Source: a virus
Direction: 5' to 3' (one strand)
Length of the DNA stretch: 64,000 nucleotides
Virus record (IMG/VR): IMGVR_UViG_3300045973_001103
Span: 2,413 to 66,412 of that record
In this document: positions 7,528 through 17,148 of the stretch, in pieces
Numbering within the stretch: the first letter of the stretch is position 1
How the letters are laid out: every line of letters starts with the position of its first letter
The notes under the pieces: generated by a model
What the model was told of the DNA's origin: nothing
The model's database searches: none
The model's input: only the letters and a program-made list of their open reading frames with translations
Translations under genes and position numbers: made by a program

Positions 7528-7958
7528 TGGATACCAGCAAAGTTTACATCGAGATGTGCACCGCGGCCTATGAGCTCCAGGACGCTTGGGTTCCTCTGCC
7601 CTGGGACTATATCTTCTGCCGCGTGGAGCATTCTGTCACCTGCCTGCTGCCGGCCTCACCCGCCCAGGTGCGCAACACCCATTGGCTTGACGGCACGGTC
7701 CTGCGCAATGCCGAGTGCTGCGGCTCCAAGCGAGAGCACGTGTGGCTGCCGCGGCAGGACCAGATCCCGGCGATGATGCACACACAGAAGCACAGGACCT
7801 CCACCTTCCTGCTGCGCTTCGCTAAATTCTCCTGCTACAAGCCGCATGCGTCCATCGAGCAACTTTACGTGCGATACTGGATGGCACGCCACTCCAAGAA
7901 GACCTGGGTCCGCGGCGAGTGGAAGCACAGCCTCAAAGAAAAATATGGACAAAGGTAA
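7527..7958 (+). CDS. hypothetical protein, paralog of 7945..8325
   Basis: MDTSKVYIEMC...HVWLPRQDQ...SIEQL; TAATG overlap. Confidence 0.75.
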   Translation: MDTSKVYIEMCTAAYELQDAWVPLPWDYIFCRVEHSVTCLLPASPAQVRNTHWLDGTVLRNAECCGSKREHVWLPRQDQIPAMMHTQKHRTSTFLLRFAKFSCYKPHASIEQLYVRYWMARHSKKTWVRGEWKHSLKEKYGQR

Positions 7959-8325
7959 GCAGTACATCTATATGTGCGCCCGGGCCCGCACATTCCGCAA
8001 GACCTGGATGCCTGCGCTTGGTGACTTCTATTACGACAAGGTCACCCAGGGCGTAGGTGTGGTCTACAAGCTCCCGTTCGATCGCACAGATCACGTGTGG
8101 TTGCCGCGCGCGGATCAGCTGCTAGATCTCCTGGCCGCGCGCTATAACGTGGCGTTCAAGCCGGCGTACACCCTCAACAAGTTTCACCAGTACATCATGG
8201 CCAGCACGCCCCGGTATTCCGGATCCATTGAGCAGATGCTGCTGCAGTTCATGATGCTCGAGGTTTACCAGAAAGTGTTCTTGAGTCAGAACTGGGTGGC
8301 CAGCGCCCCGTCGATAGAATTGTGA
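7945..8325 (+). CDS. hypothetical protein, paralog of 7527..7958
   Basis: MDKGKQYIYMC...HVWLPRADQ...SIEQM. Confidence 0.75.
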   Translation: MDKGKQYIYMCARARTFRKTWMPALGDFYYDKVTQGVGVVYKLPFDRTDHVWLPRADQLLDLLAARYNVAFKPAYTLNKFHQYIMASTPRYSGSIEQMLLQFMMLEVYQKVFLSQNWVASAPSIEL

Positions 8326-8339
8326 TATAAGGAGTTGCT

Positions 8340-9131
8340 ATGCTTGAAGCCCTGATGTGCGGTGACGTGATGGAGCAGCTGAAATTAATCCCTGACAATT
8401 CAGTAGATTTGATTGTGACCAGCCCTCCATACAACGTCGGAATCAAGTACGACAACTACGACGACGCGCGCACCTGGGACAACTATTACTGCTGGTGCGG
8501 CGCCTGGCTCGGACAGCTGCTTCGGGTCATGAAGCCCGACGGTCGCTGCTGCATCAATATGTACTTAAGTTTAGGTACATCTAAATTCCGGACCGCACCC
8601 CTCATGACAATAAACCAGTGGGCCGTGGCCCAGGGATTCAAGCACCACTCCATGGCACTGTGGTATGACGTCACCTTGACCAAGCTCACCGCGTGGGGCA
8701 GCTGGCTGTCCGCCTCGGCGCCCTACGTCTCCGCGCCCTTCGAGGGCATCCTGATCCTGTACAAGGACCAGTGGAAGAAACAGAACAAGGGCGTGTCCAC
8801 CACAACCAAAGAGGAGTTCCGTGAGTTCGCCTGCGGGGTGTGGAAGTTCGCTCCCAATCGCCGCAGTGACCACCCGGCTCCGTTCCCCGAGAAGCTGGCC
8901 GCCAGGTGTATCAACGGCCTGTCCTACGTCGGAGATACCGTCCTGGACCCCTTCCTGGGCACCGGAACGACCGCAATAGCCGCTAAAAAGGCCTCCAGGG
9001 GCTATATTGGCATCGATATAAGCCCAGATTACATCGAAAAGGCCAAAGTTAAGCTGGCCGCTGTGGTCGTGCCGCCTCCGGTTCCCTCCCCTAAAAAGGC
9101 ACCAAAACTGGCCCCTGAAGCCGAAAAATGA
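8340..9131 (+). CDS. DNA amino-methyltransferase (N4C/N6A, beta class)
   Basis: TSPPY catalytic motif precedes HPAPFP and VLDPFLGTGTT SAM-binding motif. Confidence 0.92.
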   Translation: MLEALMCGDVMEQLKLIPDNSVDLIVTSPPYNVGIKYDNYDDARTWDNYYCWCGAWLGQLLRVMKPDGRCCINMYLSLGTSKFRTAPLMTINQWAVAQGFKHHSMALWYDVTLTKLTAWGSWLSASAPYVSAPFEGILILYKDQWKKQNKGVSTTTKEEFREFACGVWKFAPNRRSDHPAPFPEKLAARCINGLSYVGDTVLDPFLGTGTTAIAAKKASRGYIGIDISPDYIEKAKVKLAAVVVPPPVPSPKKAPKLAPEAEK

Positions 9132-9478
9132 TGGAAAAGTTCATCCTCACGCTGCTTAAGACCACGGTATACCTCTATGACTCGGATTCCACCAAGCACC
9201 TCATCCGTGGCACGGTCTTATTGCCGCCCACCGACCGCAAGATCCTCATCACCATCAACAAAAAGCACGACGTCGCCGCTATCTTCCCGGAGGATCTCTC
9301 CGAGCCCACTACAACAGAGGCGCTATCACCTCTACTGCTGGTTCACTTCGACGCAAAGTCGCAGAAGTTTTGTGGGATAGTGATCACCGGCCTCAACGCG
9401 TTCATCATGGACTGGAAGGTTAAAGGTGGCATAGACTCCATCCTGCCGGCGCTCCGGAGATTCGCTGGTCGCTATTGA
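9128..9478 (+). CDS. hypothetical protein
   Basis: ATGA overlap, 116 aa. Confidence 0.6.
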   Translation: MMEKFILTLLKTTVYLYDSDSTKHLIRGTVLLPPTDRKILITINKKHDVAAIFPEDLSEPTTTEALSPLLLVHFDAKSQKFCGIVITGLNAFIMDWKVKGGIDSILPALRRFAGRY

Positions 9479-9503
9479 CACGGCGACGTGAACCATATAA
9501 CAT
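9475..9503 (+). promoter_or_regulatory. sigma70-type promoter
   Basis: TTGACA-17 nt-TAACAT. Confidence 0.55.
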
Positions 9504-9522
9504 CATGGGGCAAGGAGAAACT

Positions 9523-9708
9523 ATGCCAGCAACAACAACCAGATTTACTTACTGCCGCAAGGGGCATGCGCCGATGTTTCACGTAGGGAAGAATTGCCCT
9601 CTGTGCGCGCAGCAGAAAGCTACCGTCACAATAGCCAAAGAATATTTCAAGGTGTCTTCTATGGTTAACCAGCTTCTCGCGAAGCTCCGCATTAAGAAGG
9701 CCGCTTAA
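9523..9708 (+). CDS. small zinc-finger-like protein
   Basis: AAGGAG SD before ATG 9523; CRKGH...CPLC. Confidence 0.6.
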   Translation: MPATTTRFTYCRKGHAPMFHVGKNCPLCAQQKATVTIAKEYFKVSSMVNQLLAKLRIKKAA

Positions 9709-9715
9709 GGACAAC

Positions 9716-10132
9716 ATGATTTCTTTATCTGTGGTGAAGATCAAAGTCAAGGACGATAAGTATATGCTCACCCGTCATGAGCTGGACCAGGTGCGCAAGC
9801 TGATGCACAGCATCAAGGCCGCCGATCCGAAAGAGACGAAGAAAAATCTCGACGCCGTCCTGGGCGTGAAGCAGCACTTCGAGAACAAGAAAGAATACTC
9901 CCTGGTGCTTGACACTATCAAGTTCGGCGAGGTCTTCTACGTCTGGAGCACCCGGCAGCCCCTGAACCAGCAGGAGACCGAGCACATCACCAAGACTGTA
10001 CTCTGCGCCTTGAGCGCGCCCAACACGCTGTTGACCTTCCCGGACTACATCATGATCTCGTCCACTCCTCCGCCGGCCCGGACAAAGGTTAAACCTCGGG
10101 CGAAGAGGAAGAAGAAAGATGCCGACAAATAA
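9716..10132 (+). CDS. hypothetical protein
   Basis: AAGGA SD; basic C-terminal tail; start could be 9764. Confidence 0.6.
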   Translation: MISLSVVKIKVKDDKYMLTRHELDQVRKLMHSIKAADPKETKKNLDAVLGVKQHFENKKEYSLVLDTIKFGEVFYVWSTRQPLNQQETEHITKTVLCALSAPNTLLTFPDYIMISSTPPPARTKVKPRAKRKKKDADK

Positions 10133-10700
10133 TACCCTGCCGCTCCACTGGTCGGACTACGCGGAGCTGGCCGCGCATGCGCATAGCCTTAATGAGAAGG
10201 CCCCGATGCTGTTTGCTATCCAGAGCTGGTACCACTCTGCGCATGACTACGCCGCCGACAAATTATCCATGCGCCCGTCGTCAGGTAAGTTGAGCGAGAT
10301 CTCCTCGGCGCTGCGCTCACGCCTCGAGGACTGGGCGATAGTGCCCACCTGCGCGTACACGCGCGCGACCCGGCAGATTAACGTCCGTCTCACATTTGCG
10401 ACGGAGAACGTAGTGGATCCTGCTTTCGTTTACAGGGATGATGTGCAGCTTGCGGCGCACCTCTCGTTGCAATTAAATCCTGCGTATGATATAATAACTC
10501 GGTACCTTCAAGTAGCCAGCTCCACGATAATGGCCGTCAGGGCCCTGGAAATGCGGCCGCCGGTCACAAGTTCGGACATGCAGTACACCGGCGTGTACCT
10601 CACGCACTATCCGTGGAGCGAGAAGGAACAGAAGCATATAAGGGTGGGGATGCCTTTCGCCATGTCAGTCTTCCTAACTTATGACAACTTCGATTTTTAA
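10119..10700 (+). CDS. hypothetical protein
   Basis: 193-aa ORF in operon context. Confidence 0.65.
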   Translation: MPTNNTLPLHWSDYAELAAHAHSLNEKAPMLFAIQSWYHSAHDYAADKLSMRPSSGKLSEISSALRSRLEDWAIVPTCAYTRATRQINVRLTFATENVVDPAFVYRDDVQLAAHLSLQLNPAYDIITRYLQVASSTIMAVRALEMRPPVTSSDMQYTGVYLTHYPWSEKEQKHIRVGMPFAMSVFLTYDNFDF

Positions 10701-10717
10701 AACGCAGGTAGGGGTAG

Positions 10718-11041
10718 ATGGGAATAACAGCGCAGGACTTAATGGCCTTCGTTTCCGCACGGGAACGTCTGCTGAAAATCATACACCGAGAAATCGGCAG
10801 CTGTAACTTTGGTAAAGGTTACGAGGGTATTGTTTCAATAACTTTCCCCTCTTGTCTCGACGAGCATTTTGGAGACCACTCCTGTATTGTATCGCTCGAG
10901 GCAGCCAGGCAGTTTACGCGTAATAATGTGTGGTCCGGGGTCAGCTTATCCGCCGTCGTAGATAAGATGAACAAGGACATTGACCTGTATGAAAAAAATC
11001 TTACTCGACACACCGATCAACCCGATAACCACGGGTCTTGA
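10718..11041 (+). CDS. hypothetical protein
   Basis: 107-aa ORF with purine-rich SD. Confidence 0.5.
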   Translation: MGITAQDLMAFVSARERLLKIIHREIGSCNFGKGYEGIVSITFPSCLDEHFGDHSCIVSLEAARQFTRNNVWSGVSLSAVVDKMNKDIDLYEKNLTRHTDQPDNHGS

Positions 11042-12497
11042 TAAAATAGCTCCGCTTTTGCTTACGTCCTTCGGTCCGGACAAGGGCACCATTTTCTGTG
11101 GAGGTAAAACTGTGAGCCTATACTCCGGTCTGTTAACTCTCATCAAGCACGACGATCCTTTTGAGAACATAGCCATCAAGCTCGTGGAGGACATGGCCGC
11201 TGACGTGTACGCCAAGGCCGGCTCCGGGGTCAGCCTGGCTGCTGTGCTTACCGTGGGGCTTGTCCGGGCCTCCCGGCAGCTTATAGTCGCAGGCTACCAC
11301 CCGCGGCGCGTCCACGACTGGCTGGAGACCATTGGCGCTGACTTTGCTACCCACCTGCAGGGTGAGGTTGATGCGGTTAAGAGCTGGGGCCTGCCGGGGC
11401 AGGAAGAGCAGATCATGAAAGCGGTGGCTATCACCGCGGCCAAGGATGAGAAGGTAGGGGCGCTCATCGGCGACATGTGCTACCAGATCGGACAGTTCGC
11501 CCACATCGACATAGTCCAGGATGACATCCCCCAGGTCCGCGTAGAGTACCGCAATGGTTTCACCTTCAAGACAGCGCCGCTGTCTTATCACTTCCTCAAA
11601 GGCAAGCGCAAGGAGTTTGCCAGCCCCAAGATCATATTCACTGACGGTGCCTTCGACGACGTTTCATCCATGGTCAAGATCCTCATGGCTGCTAACAAGG
11701 CCGAAGTGCCGCTGATCGTTATGGCCAACAGCTTGAGCCAGGACGTCATGTCACTGCTTACGCACAATCATAATATCGGCGCGTTAGACATCATTGCTAT
11801 CAAAGCACCCTCATTCAGCTTCGGGCAATTCCAGGCGCTGGAGGACCTGGCGATGATCACCGGCGGGATTCCCGTCAGCTACGCCATGAGCTCCAAGCCC
11901 ACTGTGGAGCACCTGGGCACAGCTCCCCGCGTGGTGGTGGGTCAGGATTACTGTACGATATACTCCACCAATCCTGTGCCGGAAGAGTACATCAAGCGCA
12001 TCAAGCGGCAGACCGCCAAGGTGCGCAGTGACGTTCTGAAGATGGCCGTCAATGAGCGCGTCAGCAATCTGCTCGGGAAGGCCGCTGTGCTGCGCGTGGG
12101 CGGCTACACAGAGCGTGAGCGGCAGGAAGGTTACCAGAAGGTAGAGACCGCGGTGCACGCCGTCCGGGGCGCCCAGAGCGAAGGGTACATCCCCGGCGGC
12201 TACCAGGTATTCCGCAAGTTCCCTTTCCGCGCAAACCCAGACATTCCTACGCCGTTGTATACTGGCATGCAGTTCCCGTATACTGCCCTTATGGCTAACT
12301 ATACTGGCGACGTGCCTTCACTAAACCGGATCACCAATAACCCGGTGGAGCTGTTCAACGTCAGGACCGGCAAGATCGAGAACATGCTTGATGCCGGAGT
12401 AATCGACTCGGTGAAGTCCATCCGCGTCGCCGTGGAATCCGCCATCTCTACAGCTAAGATCTTGGCGATCACCGGCGCCATAGTCACGGAGGCATGA
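10989..12497 (+). CDS. GroEL-like chaperonin with degenerate ATPase motifs
   Basis: TSFGPDKG, AIKAPSFSFGQFQALEDLAMITGG, ERVSNLLGKAAVLRVGG, AGVIDSVKSIRVAVESA match the GroEL scaffold; GDGTTT replaced by GSGVSL. Confidence 0.85.
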   Translation: MKKILLDTPINPITTGLDKIAPLLLTSFGPDKGTIFCGGKTVSLYSGLLTLIKHDDPFENIAIKLVEDMAADVYAKAGSGVSLAAVLTVGLVRASRQLIVAGYHPRRVHDWLETIGADFATHLQGEVDAVKSWGLPGQEEQIMKAVAITAAKDEKVGALIGDMCYQIGQFAHIDIVQDDIPQVRVEYRNGFTFKTAPLSYHFLKGKRKEFASPKIIFTDGAFDDVSSMVKILMAANKAEVPLIVMANSLSQDVMSLLTHNHNIGALDIIAIKAPSFSFGQFQALEDLAMITGGIPVSYAMSSKPTVEHLGTAPRVVVGQDYCTIYSTNPVPEEYIKRIKRQTAKVRSDVLKMAVNERVSNLLGKAAVLRVGGYTERERQEGYQKVETAVHAVRGAQSEGYIPGGYQVFRKFPFRANPDIPTPLYTGMQFPYTALMANYTGDVPSLNRITNNPVELFNVRTGKIENMLDAGVIDSVKSIRVAVESAISTAKILAITGAIVTEA

Positions 12498-13030
12498 TGC
12501 ACGACCCTGAGTACAAGGCCTGGGTATACAACTGGTGCTGGAAGAACGTTATAGAGGATGAGCTGGAGCCGGGCAAGCCTTATCACAAGTCCCATTATGA
12601 AGGTAAGTGGCACATGGTCGATGTCTACACCATACACTTTAAGACCAAGCACTTCCGTGGGTTTTATCTGAACAAGGACGGAAAGAAGGACACCTCGGAG
12701 TTCAGTATCGGCAAGCAAGGAATCCTGCTGCCCTTCACCGGCCAGCCCGATAAAAACAAGCGCAAGATATTCGCCGGAGACGTGGTTCAGTTCTATACTC
12801 GCACGCGTGGCGTGGACGGTCCAGGCCTTATTCGCGAGGTGGTGTGGGATCCTGCCGGCCGCTGGCTCCCTTTCCTGTGCGACACGTTCATCCAGGACGA
12901 GCTTGGCGACTGGTTCGAGTTTGATGAGGCAACCAGATTTGAGGTTATCGGGAACGTGTATGAGAACCCCGAGCTGAAGAAAAAGATCGCAGATCAGGAC
13001 GCGATATATGAAAAGGAAAGGAGATTCTAA
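12494..13030 (+). CDS. YopX family protein
   Basis: FTGQPDKNKRKIFAGDVV...FEVIGNVYENPEL. Confidence 0.85.
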   Translation: MMHDPEYKAWVYNWCWKNVIEDELEPGKPYHKSHYEGKWHMVDVYTIHFKTKHFRGFYLNKDGKKDTSEFSIGKQGILLPFTGQPDKNKRKIFAGDVVQFYTRTRGVDGPGLIREVVWDPAGRWLPFLCDTFIQDELGDWFEFDEATRFEVIGNVYENPELKKKIADQDAIYEKERRF

Positions 13031-13275
13031 TGCAAGAACAAACTGGCGAAGTTAAACACCTCACCCCCGAGGAGAAGCAGAACATACAGGACCTGCCCCG
13101 GGGCCGCCGCGGCGTCAAGGTCAACGGCAACTGGTGGATAGAAACCAAAGTAGAGCCTACTGTGAAGCAGCTCCAGTCCGGCGTTAAAGGCTGGCACCTC
13201 TGCCTCTGCGGCTCCGGCAAGAAGTTCCGCGAGTGCTGCCGCGTCAAGACTCCGTTCGTAAAGAGGACCCTGTAA
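13030..13275 (+). CDS. SEC-C metal-binding motif protein
   Basis: CLCGSGKKFRECC. Confidence 0.8.
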   Translation: MQEQTGEVKHLTPEEKQNIQDLPRGRRGVKVNGNWWIETKVEPTVKQLQSGVKGWHLCLCGSGKKFRECCRVKTPFVKRTL

Positions 13276-13919
13276 TGCCCTGCATCGACGTGAAAATGGG
13301 TGTAATAGGCAGTGGTAAGGACTACCAGGCCAAACTTCACATCCAAAAAGACCCCAGCTACGTCCAAATCGACTTCAAAGACGCCCTCATCGACATGTGC
13401 GAGGACATTATCGGCTTCCCGATCCGGGCCCGGTACGACGAGTTCAAGGAGTACATTATCGGGTTTCAGCACCCAAATGTGGCCTTGGCAGGCAATTTAC
13501 AGCGGGATAGCCTGGGCCTGTTCAACAAACAGTGCGTCCACGACTACCCTTACGCCATGACCGGCCGCCGGCTGCTCCAACGTGTGGGCACTGACGCCAT
13601 GCGCAAGCGAGATCCCGACTACTGGACCAACGCCTGGGCACAGTCAGCCATCGCGGCGCTCCAGGCAGGTAAGAGCGTGTGCGTGGGCGACTGTCGCTTC
13701 CTCAATGAGATGCACGTAGTTGAGGTTCTCGGAGAGCAGATGGGCATCGGCGCCACTATCACCTTCTGCGACTTCCATTCCAAGCGCTACGACGCTAACG
13801 CCGAGCACGAGAGTGAACGTCTGGCCCAGCAGATCCTGGCTGCAGACTGGAAAGATCTCCAGCAGATCTCCTACGCCGACGCACTCGCCGCGGCAGAGAA
13901 GGCAATCGTCCATGGCTAA
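13275..13919 (+). CDS. deoxynucleoside monophosphate kinase
   Basis: GVIGSGKD P-loop, RRLLQRVGTD, DCRFLNE; TAATG overlap. Confidence 0.85.
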   Translation: MPCIDVKMGVIGSGKDYQAKLHIQKDPSYVQIDFKDALIDMCEDIIGFPIRARYDEFKEYIIGFQHPNVALAGNLQRDSLGLFNKQCVHDYPYAMTGRRLLQRVGTDAMRKRDPDYWTNAWAQSAIAALQAGKSVCVGDCRFLNEMHVVEVLGEQMGIGATITFCDFHSKRYDANAEHESERLAQQILAADWKDLQQISYADALAAAEKAIVHG

Positions 13920-14484
13920 CCCCTACCTGGTTGTAGGCATCGACCAGTCCCTGACCGGAACCGGCCTGGCTCTGATCCACCCGGATAATGCTATAATGGC
14001 TCCGGAGGCCCCTCGCTACTCCACCACCAAGATAAAGCCCACAGTCCGCGGCGTGTTGCGCCTGATGTACATCGAAGAGGTGGTTACCCGCTGGATCCCG
14101 CCGAAGACGGACCTGTGCTTGATGGAGGGCTACGCCTTCGCTGCCCACGGACAAGCCTTTGGCCTGGGCGAGTGCGGTGGCATCATCAAGCGCGTGATAC
14201 ACCTTAAAGGTAAGCGGCTGATCGTGGTCGCCCCGGGCACGCTGAAGAAGTACGTGACCGGCAGCGGAGCCGCCAAGAAGAACGTGATGCTGCTCCACGC
14301 GTTCAAGAAGTTCGGTACCAGCTTTGAGGAAGACGACGAGTGCGACGCGTACTGCCTTGCCCAGCTTGGGGCAGAGTACCTTGCTCGCGAAGCTGGTGGA
14401 GCATGCACCAAAGCCTTTGAAGAGACCTACAAAGCCGTAGTCAAATATAACCTAAAACTCGCAGGAGGAGAAGTCGATGAATAA
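13912..14484 (+). CDS. ruvC: RuvC-like Holliday junction resolvase
   Basis: VGIDQSLTGTG, EGYAF, LKKYVTGSGAAKK, DDECDAYCLA. Confidence 0.85.
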   Translation: MANPYLVVGIDQSLTGTGLALIHPDNAIMAPEAPRYSTTKIKPTVRGVLRLMYIEEVVTRWIPPKTDLCLMEGYAFAAHGQAFGLGECGGIIKRVIHLKGKRLIVVAPGTLKKYVTGSGAAKKNVMLLHAFKKFGTSFEEDDECDAYCLAQLGAEYLAREAGGACTKAFEETYKAVVKYNLKLAGGEVDE

Positions 14485-14692
14485 CGAACCTAATGGCAAC
14501 AGCGCAGGCGCACCTGGCGGCAGCACGGCAACAAACCCTTGCTTGTTCATGAAGCTGCCCAAGTGCATGCGTCAAGATACGACCAAGCGCGTCGACGTCA
14601 CGATCTGTAACGCGTGCATCGCCGGCCGCACCGAAGGCCACCTCTTCGAAATAAAGAAGAAGCTGGTCGGTGACAACAACCAGAGGAATTAA
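14477..14692 (+). CDS. small Cys-containing protein
   Basis: AGGAG SD; C...C...CNAC. Confidence 0.6.
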   Translation: MNNEPNGNSAGAPGGSTATNPCLFMKLPKCMRQDTTKRVDVTICNACIAGRTEGHLFEIKKKLVGDNNQRN

Positions 14693-14693
14693 C

Positions 14694-15392
14694 ATGACCG
14701 ACAAGCCCGGCAATGTCAACGACATCGATTACCTCACGAATGAGAAAAAGAAAATAATCGATGGCTGCCAAAAATGCCATGGTCTAAACCTCAGCTGTAC
14801 CTGCTACCATGACTACGACGTGGAGGTGCGCAAGGTGCGTGCGAACATCCCGCTGAAGTATCGCAAGGCTTCTCTGGACGTTATCACGTCTCCGCAGTCA
14901 GTGAAGCCCAAGGCCCAGCTCCAGGCATACATCGACCACATGAAGAAGAAGCGCAAGGACGGCACCGGCCTGTACCTGTGGGGTGGCGAGGGCACTGCGA
15001 AGACGTACCTGGGCTGCGCTGTACTTATTGAGGCGCTGCGCCAAGGTTACTCGGCGTACTTCACCACGCTGAACGACTGCATGGACAACATCATCCGCAA
15101 TAGGGAAGCCTTCGCGTATGTGCTTCAAAACACCACGTACCTCATGATCGATGACATGGGCTATGCCTACCGTCCCATCCGTGATGAGATCGCGTATGTA
15201 GATTCGGTGTTGGACAAAGTGGTCCGCACCCGCTGCAACAACCTGCAGCCGAATATCCTGACGTCGCACAAGAACATAACACAGATGGCGCTGGCTAATC
15301 CGTCCGGGGCCCGCATCGCGTCCATCATCAAGGAGCACATGCTCCGCATTCAATTCACGGGACCTAACTTCCGGGATTCCATCGAGCTGTAG
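14694..15392 (+). CDS. DnaC/IstB-like helicase loader ATPase
   Basis: N-terminal CQKC...CTC, GLYLWGGEGTAKT Walker A, LMIDD Walker B; upstream of DnaB. Confidence 0.85.
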   Translation: MTDKPGNVNDIDYLTNEKKKIIDGCQKCHGLNLSCTCYHDYDVEVRKVRANIPLKYRKASLDVITSPQSVKPKAQLQAYIDHMKKKRKDGTGLYLWGGEGTAKTYLGCAVLIEALRQGYSAYFTTLNDCMDNIIRNREAFAYVLQNTTYLMIDDMGYAYRPIRDEIAYVDSVLDKVVRTRCNNLQPNILTSHKNITQMALANPSGARIASIIKEHMLRIQFTGPNFRDSIEL

Positions 15393-15400
15393 GAGGATCT

Positions 15401-15766
15401 ATGCCGCCGAAGAAAAAGATTATAAAGTTGGGAAGCAAGAAAAAACCCGCAACCGCAAAGCAGTTCAAAGCTGCCCGTAAAAAGGTCCTGAAGCGCAAGC
15501 CTCGGGCCACACCGCATGATATGGTGATGGCCAAATTCAAGGAGCTCGTGCCCGCCATGGCCGAGGCTACCGGAGACGCGCTCGAGTCCTGGACCTTGTT
15601 CGCGCACAAGCTGCTCCTTGCCAAGCGCATGAAGACCACTGTGTTCACCGTCACGGTAAACCCACTGATGCTGGAGCACCGTGAAGTTCTGCAGAAGGAG
15701 TTCGGCTGCTCGATAATGAGCCCCACGGAAGCACGCTTCGGGATGGACAGCATCGAGAAATTTTAA
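15401..15766 (+). CDS. basic hypothetical protein
   Basis: AGGAGG SD; Lys-rich N-terminus. Confidence 0.7.
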   Translation: MPPKKKIIKLGSKKKPATAKQFKAARKKVLKRKPRATPHDMVMAKFKELVPAMAEATGDALESWTLFAHKLLLAKRMKTTVFTVTVNPLMLEHREVLQKEFGCSIMSPTEARFGMDSIEKF

Positions 15767-15777
15767 GGAGTCCTAAC

Positions 15778-17148
15778 ATGGCAGTGGAAAAAGAGATACT
15801 AAAACAACTGTTCTCTGACAAGGCCAACTTTAAGATCGTCAACGAGAAGAACTTGAAGGCGTCCATCTTCATTGAGGAAGCTGACGCGGACATGAACCGG
15901 TTCAAGATCCTCTTCGAGATCTCGTCAGACTACTATCGCAGCTACAATGAAGTCCTCTCCCGTGCCAGCCTGGTACGCGTGCTGGGGGCTTCCAAGGCTG
16001 ACGACGATGTCAGCGGCAAGCTGCTCACGGCCTACGATGAAGTCCTGCTGACCGACGCTACGGCGCCGATGGCGTTCCTCATCAATACCGCCAAGCAGGA
16101 GTTCAAGAAATCCAAGCTCCGCGCGGCTCTGACCAAGGCTGCCGAACTGTACCGTGCCAACGCCTTGGAGGATGTGGCTCCGTTCATGCAGAAGGAGTTC
16201 TTTGATATCACCCACGATATCGACGAGTTCAGCTCCGAGGCCTCTCTGGCTGAGTCTGTGGACGACCGCACGGCCGCCTACCTTAACGCCAAGAACGAAC
16301 CGGGGGTGCCTACGGGCTTCCCCACCCTAGATAAGGCCACCAACGGCCTGTACCCTGGCCAGATCATAATCATTGCGGCCGGCACCAGCGAAGGTAAGTC
16401 CGCCATGCTGCTGAACGTGGCCCATAACGCCTGGAAAGCCAAGGCCAACGTCCTTTATATCACCGTGGAGAACTACCGGCCCGACATGATGCGCCGTTTT
16501 GACGCTTTACACGCCATGGTGGGCTATAATGACCTCAAAATGGGCACCCTGAATGACTCCGAGAAGCTGCGCCTGGCAGCGGCTTTAGAGGCCCAAAAGA
16601 GGCAAGAAAACATACTTTACGTCGTGGATAAGCCTGTCGGGTGCACCCCGGAGTTCATTGAAGCCAAAATAAACGACCTGATGCCCCTCAAGTTCGATAT
16701 TCTCGTCGTAGACTACATGCAGATCATGGACCTCAACTCGAAGGGCCGCATGGAGACCCATGAGAAGATGGGGCAGATCGCCGCGGAGCTGCGCCGGATC
16801 GGCCGCATCAAGAAGATTCCGGTCATCACCGCCGTCCAGGTCAACCGCGAGGGCATAAAAGAGAAGGGCAGCACCTATGGCGTCCAGCACATCGCCCTGT
16901 CACAGTTCATCGCCAACCATGCCGACATCATCCTGTCCCTGCGTGCCATAGACCAGCAGCAGGCCATGGCGTCCGGTGTGGTGGACCTGGAGTGCGCGCT
17001 GATCAAGCACCGCGACGGGCCCAAGGTCCGCTTCGCCATCAAGGCCAACTTCGAGCGCATGAAGATGCAGGAGCACGAGATCATGGCCGAGGAGGTGTCG
17101 GTCATGGAGCCGGCGCCGGTTATGCAGTCTGAAGAACTGCCAATGTAA
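15778..17148 (+). CDS. dnaB: DnaB-like replicative helicase
   Basis: GVPTGFPTLD, AAGTSEGKS, VVDYMQIM, PVITAVQVNR, KHRDG. Confidence 0.93.
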   Translation: MAVEKEILKQLFSDKANFKIVNEKNLKASIFIEEADADMNRFKILFEISSDYYRSYNEVLSRASLVRVLGASKADDDVSGKLLTAYDEVLLTDATAPMAFLINTAKQEFKKSKLRAALTKAAELYRANALEDVAPFMQKEFFDITHDIDEFSSEASLAESVDDRTAAYLNAKNEPGVPTGFPTLDKATNGLYPGQIIIIAAGTSEGKSAMLLNVAHNAWKAKANVLYITVENYRPDMMRRFDALHAMVGYNDLKMGTLNDSEKLRLAAALEAQKRQENILYVVDKPVGCTPEFIEAKINDLMPLKFDILVVDYMQIMDLNSKGRMETHEKMGQIAAELRRIGRIKKIPVITAVQVNREGIKEKGSTYGVQHIALSQFIANHADIILSLRAIDQQQAMASGVVDLECALIKHRDGPKVRFAIKANFERMKMQEHEIMAEEVSVMEPAPVMQSEELPM

